From Podarcis vaucheri (taxonomy: Eukaryota), in assembly GCA_965113315.1 (NCBI GenBank), contig OZ220369.1: a stretch of DNA of 64,000 nt. One strand, written 5' to 3'. Of the stretch, positions 59,776 through 64,000 are shown one piece after another. Position 1 is the first letter of the stretch; every line of letters starts with the position of its first letter. A program made the translations under genes and the position numbers. The notes beneath the pieces were generated by a model. That model searched no databases, was not told the origin of the DNA, and saw nothing but the letters and a program-made list of their open reading frames with translations.

Positions 59776-62536
59776 TCCTTCTGAAAGGTTTAACAAGTCA
59801 GGCTATTGCAGCCCCCAAGCACTTGTTGTCCCTTAGACAAATTGGCAGAAAAGGAGGCAAGCAAAGAGGGGTTTTTTGCAAGTGACATTCCATCAAAGCA
59901 ATATGGAAGTGTTTAAAGGGAAAGGGCTGGCACATGGGGGTGGGGGGAGTCGAGATCTGAACCTTTAAATTACAGCCATTCCGGCCTAATGATAAGTAAA
60001 TAAACAGTTCACAGCTGCACGGGGACCAAACAGAGAAACACATCGATCTCTTGGAGGCGTGATTGGCGAGCAAGTAATTAAGTGTGAAATGTGAGCCCTC
60101 CATCATGTCAGCAGGAGATGCTGGAGGTCTCCAGTTGGACAACCCCCTAGGATTAACCCTTCGAGCACCCTTGGGTGAACTGCAGAACACTGATCCAAAA
60201 GAAAAGAAAGACACTTGGAGCCGCAGAAACCTCCCTCTGAATAAGGGAGGGAGTTGCTTGTATGAGACCATTGGGCATGATGTCTGTTTTTAGCTGTAGC
60301 TTTTCAAAGATTGTGAGGGCTGGAGAAGGTGGAGTGGTTAAGGCAGAGGGAGTCAACCTGGTGCCCTGCAGATACTGCTGGACTCCAACTCCCATCAGCC
60401 CCAGCGAGTGGTCAGTGGTCAGGGATGATGGGATCTGGAGTCCAGCGACATCTGGCGAGTTACCATATTGGATATCTATGGGCTAAGTGGTGTCCAGATT
60501 TGATGAAGTGAAGGGCGATGAGGTTGTTGAGCTGTTTTTATGATTTTACTCCAAAGTTGTTGAGCTTTGTTTAGGATTGAAGTTATTGAGCTCCCCCCCC
60601 CCCGGATTTTACCCCAGGAATTAAACTGCCACAGGGGCCAGATTAAACCAACTGGTGGGCCAGATTATGCCCCCAAAATGGACTTTGGACATGTCTGGAG
60701 GGATGAGCTACAAATAAGAAAGGCCCAGATTCAAATATTGCCTTTGCTGTGCACTCTCTGGGCGGCCTTAGTCAAATCTGTGTTAGCAACGTCTACAGTA
60801 TATAAATAATAATAGTGGCCTGCCTTACAGGGCTCTTGTAAGAGTGCAACTCTATAATGTATATGAAGCTTCAAAAGCATTATATTATTATTATTATCAT
60901 TATGTCCAGACCGGCTTTTAGAGTCAGTTATTACTGAGCTCCCTCACATCAAATGTATGGTGTGGCAATTAACCTCTGACATGCTCCCCCACAGCCAAAG
61001 TGTGGCATGCATCTTAAGCATCCACAAATGGGCACGTTCCTTTTGTTCATGGTCAGGAAGACTGATGTCCAGTGGAGGATTCTGCCAGCAGAAAGAGGGG
61101 AGGCAATTTTCACTAATTTCCCCTGCAGCCCCTTGCATAGTTTTTCAAGCTGCTCCACGGGGTCCCCCAGTCCTCAGAACAGATTGGTTGTGGGGTTGTT
61201 GTTGGGTTTTTTTTGGGGGGGGGTACAAGAGACTGCAGAGGGAAGGGGAAATTGATGGGGGAAAACATACCCCCTTTCCACTCTAGTGAACGTCCTGTGT
61301 GGAACCCTGTTTAGAGGGTGCTTCCATAAGCAGAGACCTAGTTAAAATCTATGGCCCTGTGCGTAGAAATCTAGTGTATCAAGGAGCAAACTTGGCTGTT
61401 GCCCTTCTCCATAATATTCACTTTTTTTTTTAACCTGGAGGGTTTGTTTAAAAAAAATATGTAGGAACATTTAATTGAACACCCTCTATTTGATTCTGCA
61501 ATCCTAGCATTAATTTGCCATGTGACATTTCTGATTGGGTAGTTTGTCTATCTAGTGGCTGTATGGGAACTGCTGCAGAGATCACAAAATGATCGCCATG
61601 ATTGTTCAGTTCACACATTATATTTGACCAGGTGTACACCTTTAATCCCCTTCCACCCCCACCCACTCGTCTCTCTTAAATGCAGCTGCCTCTGGGGTGA
61701 GATCCATCAGCTACTTAAGAGCTCGCAGCATTACACCCCTGCAGGTCAGGCTCTCACGGAAAATGTCATTGCCAGCTGTAGCTGTCAGGGAAATCAGATC
61801 AGTCCAATTAAATTACCCAGATTCCTGGAATTTGGTTGGGAGACAAGATTAACACCAATCCCCTTTCAAATTGGGGTATGACCTCGAAATAGCACTGAGC
61901 TACTCAATCTGACGTTCAGCATTCACTCTGCATTTATGATTGTGTTGGCAAGGCATGAGTGAGAATGTGTTTAAACAAAAACATTGCGAGATGAAACATT
62001 TCAGATCATAGCATCGAAGAGGGATTTGCATTAACAAGCCAGGAATATTAAAGGATATATATATAAAAGCACACACACGTAGGACAAGGCATAAATAACG
62101 TCCAAGCTAAAACTGTGCTCTGTTGCAAGCAAGATGGATTTTTATTTTACTTTATTTGCAGGAAAAGGATGGAAGCAGGGTTGGGAAGGAGGTGGAACTA
62201 ACTGGCTGAGAGGAACTGCCAGTTTTAGTATCTGGTGAGGAGAAAAGAAAGCAATTACCACAAGTGAAGAATTCCCAAGGCAAGAAGTGCTGACTTTTGG
62301 AAAGAAACTCATATCCTCCACAATGTCTTGGTCTTTGCGGGTAAGTTTTGTCCACTCACTCTGTTCTATTTTGGGTTGCATACACACCATACCTGTAAAG
62401 CACATTCAAAACACACACCTTTCCCCAGAGAATCCAGGGAACTGCAGTTTGAAGAGCTACAATTCTGAGCATCCTTAACAATTTACAGTTCCTAGGATTC
62501 TTTGGGGGAGGGGAAATGTGTGTTAAAGGTTTGGTA

Positions 62537-62620
62537 TCTATTCTATTCTATTCTATTCTATTCTATTCTATTCTATTCTATTCTATTCTATTCTATTCTA
62601 TTCTATTCTATTCTATTCCA
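62537..62620. repeat. (TTCTA)n microsatellite
   Basis: Directly visible. Confidence 0.95.
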
Positions 62621-62796
62621 TTCTGCTGAGAAATGCTTTTAACAAGCAACAGGTGAAACAAATCTGAACATAGAACATAGTCTTGCAGCTGAAATGATCC
62701 AGTGTTAGAGTCATGCTGTATCGGACCAAAGGTACAATATAGCTGAGCATTCTGCCCCCAATTGCTATGATTTATTGCATCTCTATGCCACTTTTC

Positions 62797-63153
62797 GGGA
62801 TGCAGGTGGTGCTGTGGGTTAAACCACAGAGCCTAGGACTTGCCGATCAGAAGGTCGGCAGTTCGAATCCCCATGACGGGGTGAGCTTCTGTTCCTCGGT
62901 CCCTGCTCCTGCCAACCTAGCAGTTCAAAAGCACGTCAAAGTGCAAGGAGATAAATAGGTACCGCTCTGGCGGGAAGGTAAACGGCGTTTCCGTGCACTG
63001 CTCTGGTTCACCAGAAGCGGCTTAGTCATGCTGGCCACATGACCCGGAAGCTGTACACCGGCTCCCTTGGCCAATAAAGCGAGATGAGCGTCGCAGCCCC
63101 AGAGTCGGTCATGACTGGACCTAATGGTCAGGGGTCCCTTTACCTTTTACCTT
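62797..63153 (+). mobile_element. Sauria SINE, full length
   Basis: gggatgcaggtggtgctgtgggttaaacc head, B box gttcgaatccc, tail ggtccctttaccttttacctt; 13-bp TSD tatgccacttttc (62784-62796, 63154-63166). Confidence 0.95.
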
Positions 63154-63714
63154 TATGCCACTTTTCATTCAAACGAACCTCAAAGCAGCTTGCAAACAAG
63201 AAATAGCAACAACATAACAAAGCATAACAGAACATTGCAGCTACAGCATAAATCACAGAAAATAATTACCAAATCATCAGTAAGACAACCGCAATCTATA
63301 AAACACTATTAACAAAACAGTGACTAACAAATGAGCTAAACATTACAATTACAGCAAAAGTCATATTATGTGATTAACAAACGGACACAGAATCTATGAA
63401 ATAATATTAACAACATTAACAAAACACCAGATAAAAAAAATAAATGGCCAGCCGGAAGCTACCGAGAAGCCCACAGAGCAGGGCATGAAGACAGCAGTCC
63501 CTCCGCCCCCCCACTCTGCTGCTGTTATTCAGAAGCAGGCCACTGCCTCTTAACGTGGAGGTCTGTTTGGCCACCATTCCTTCCAGCACTCAGGTCCAGA
63601 GGTGTGTGCTGGTGCTTGCTTAGCCAAAATGTCATCACTTGCACTTAATACATACGCATAGCAACAGGCTTGGGAGGACCTCAACATTTTAATAAGTTAT
63701 TTAAAAAAAACACC

Positions 63715-63878
63715 TCACTCATTAGTCCAGTTAGTAGAGCATGTGACTCTTAATCTCAGGGTTGTGGGTTCAAGCCCCACATTAGACAAAATAAAAAATA
63801 CAAATAAATTCTCCATTGCAGGGACTTGGACTAGACACCCTTGGGGTCCCTTCCAACTCTACATTTCTATGATTCTAT
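63715..63878 (+). mobile_element. tRNA-Lys-derived SINE with CR1 3' tail (P.s.1/SINE-like)
   Basis: cagttagtagagcatgtgactcttaatctcagggttgtgggttcaagcccc (CTT anticodon-like loop) joined to ggactaga...ggtcccttccaactct...ttctatgattctat. Confidence 0.85.
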
Positions 63879-64000
63879 TATCTTTAAATGGGGGGAATAC
63901 CTAACTGGGGCTTGCAATGGGGTCAGGGACTCCCTAAACACTCCAGTGAGGATGTTTGGTGGCCAAGGACTGCTGCCTACCTGTCGCATGGCTGGTGGAC

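Noticed and set aside
63715-63785. Functional tRNA-Lys gene
   Set aside because: The acceptor and D stems are degenerate and the sequence is fused to a CR1 tail, so it is a SINE head.

Overview
Vertebrate genomic DNA, almost certainly from a squamate and probably a lacertid lizard, judged by its repeat content: Sauria SINE, Squam2/Squam3-like SINEs, a tRNA-Lys/CR1-tail SINE, BovB, L2, CR1, and many hAT, Tc2 and Harbinger-like MITEs. I found no convincing host protein-coding exon, rRNA, intact tRNA or CRISPR array. The window reads as a large intron or intergenic region, with dense nested transposons separated by repeat-poor islands that may be regulatory. The ORFs I can recognise are all decayed LINE ORF2 C-termini. 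The main signal is a pair of young non-autonomous hAT elements (52364-53205 on +, 56201-56549 on -). Each has a perfect 8-bp TSD and the same layout: a complete mini-MITE, then unrelated GC/CpG-rich cargo, then a second copy of the 3' end. This is a candidate vertebrate 'Pack-hAT' system that moves CpG-island-like host DNA. Also notable are a U2 snRNA 5' fragment patched into a MITE hairpin loop, and a Tc2-type MITE whose interior has expanded into a tandem array of palindromic ~115-bp units. Repeat family names come from recalled consensus similarity, not from a database search.
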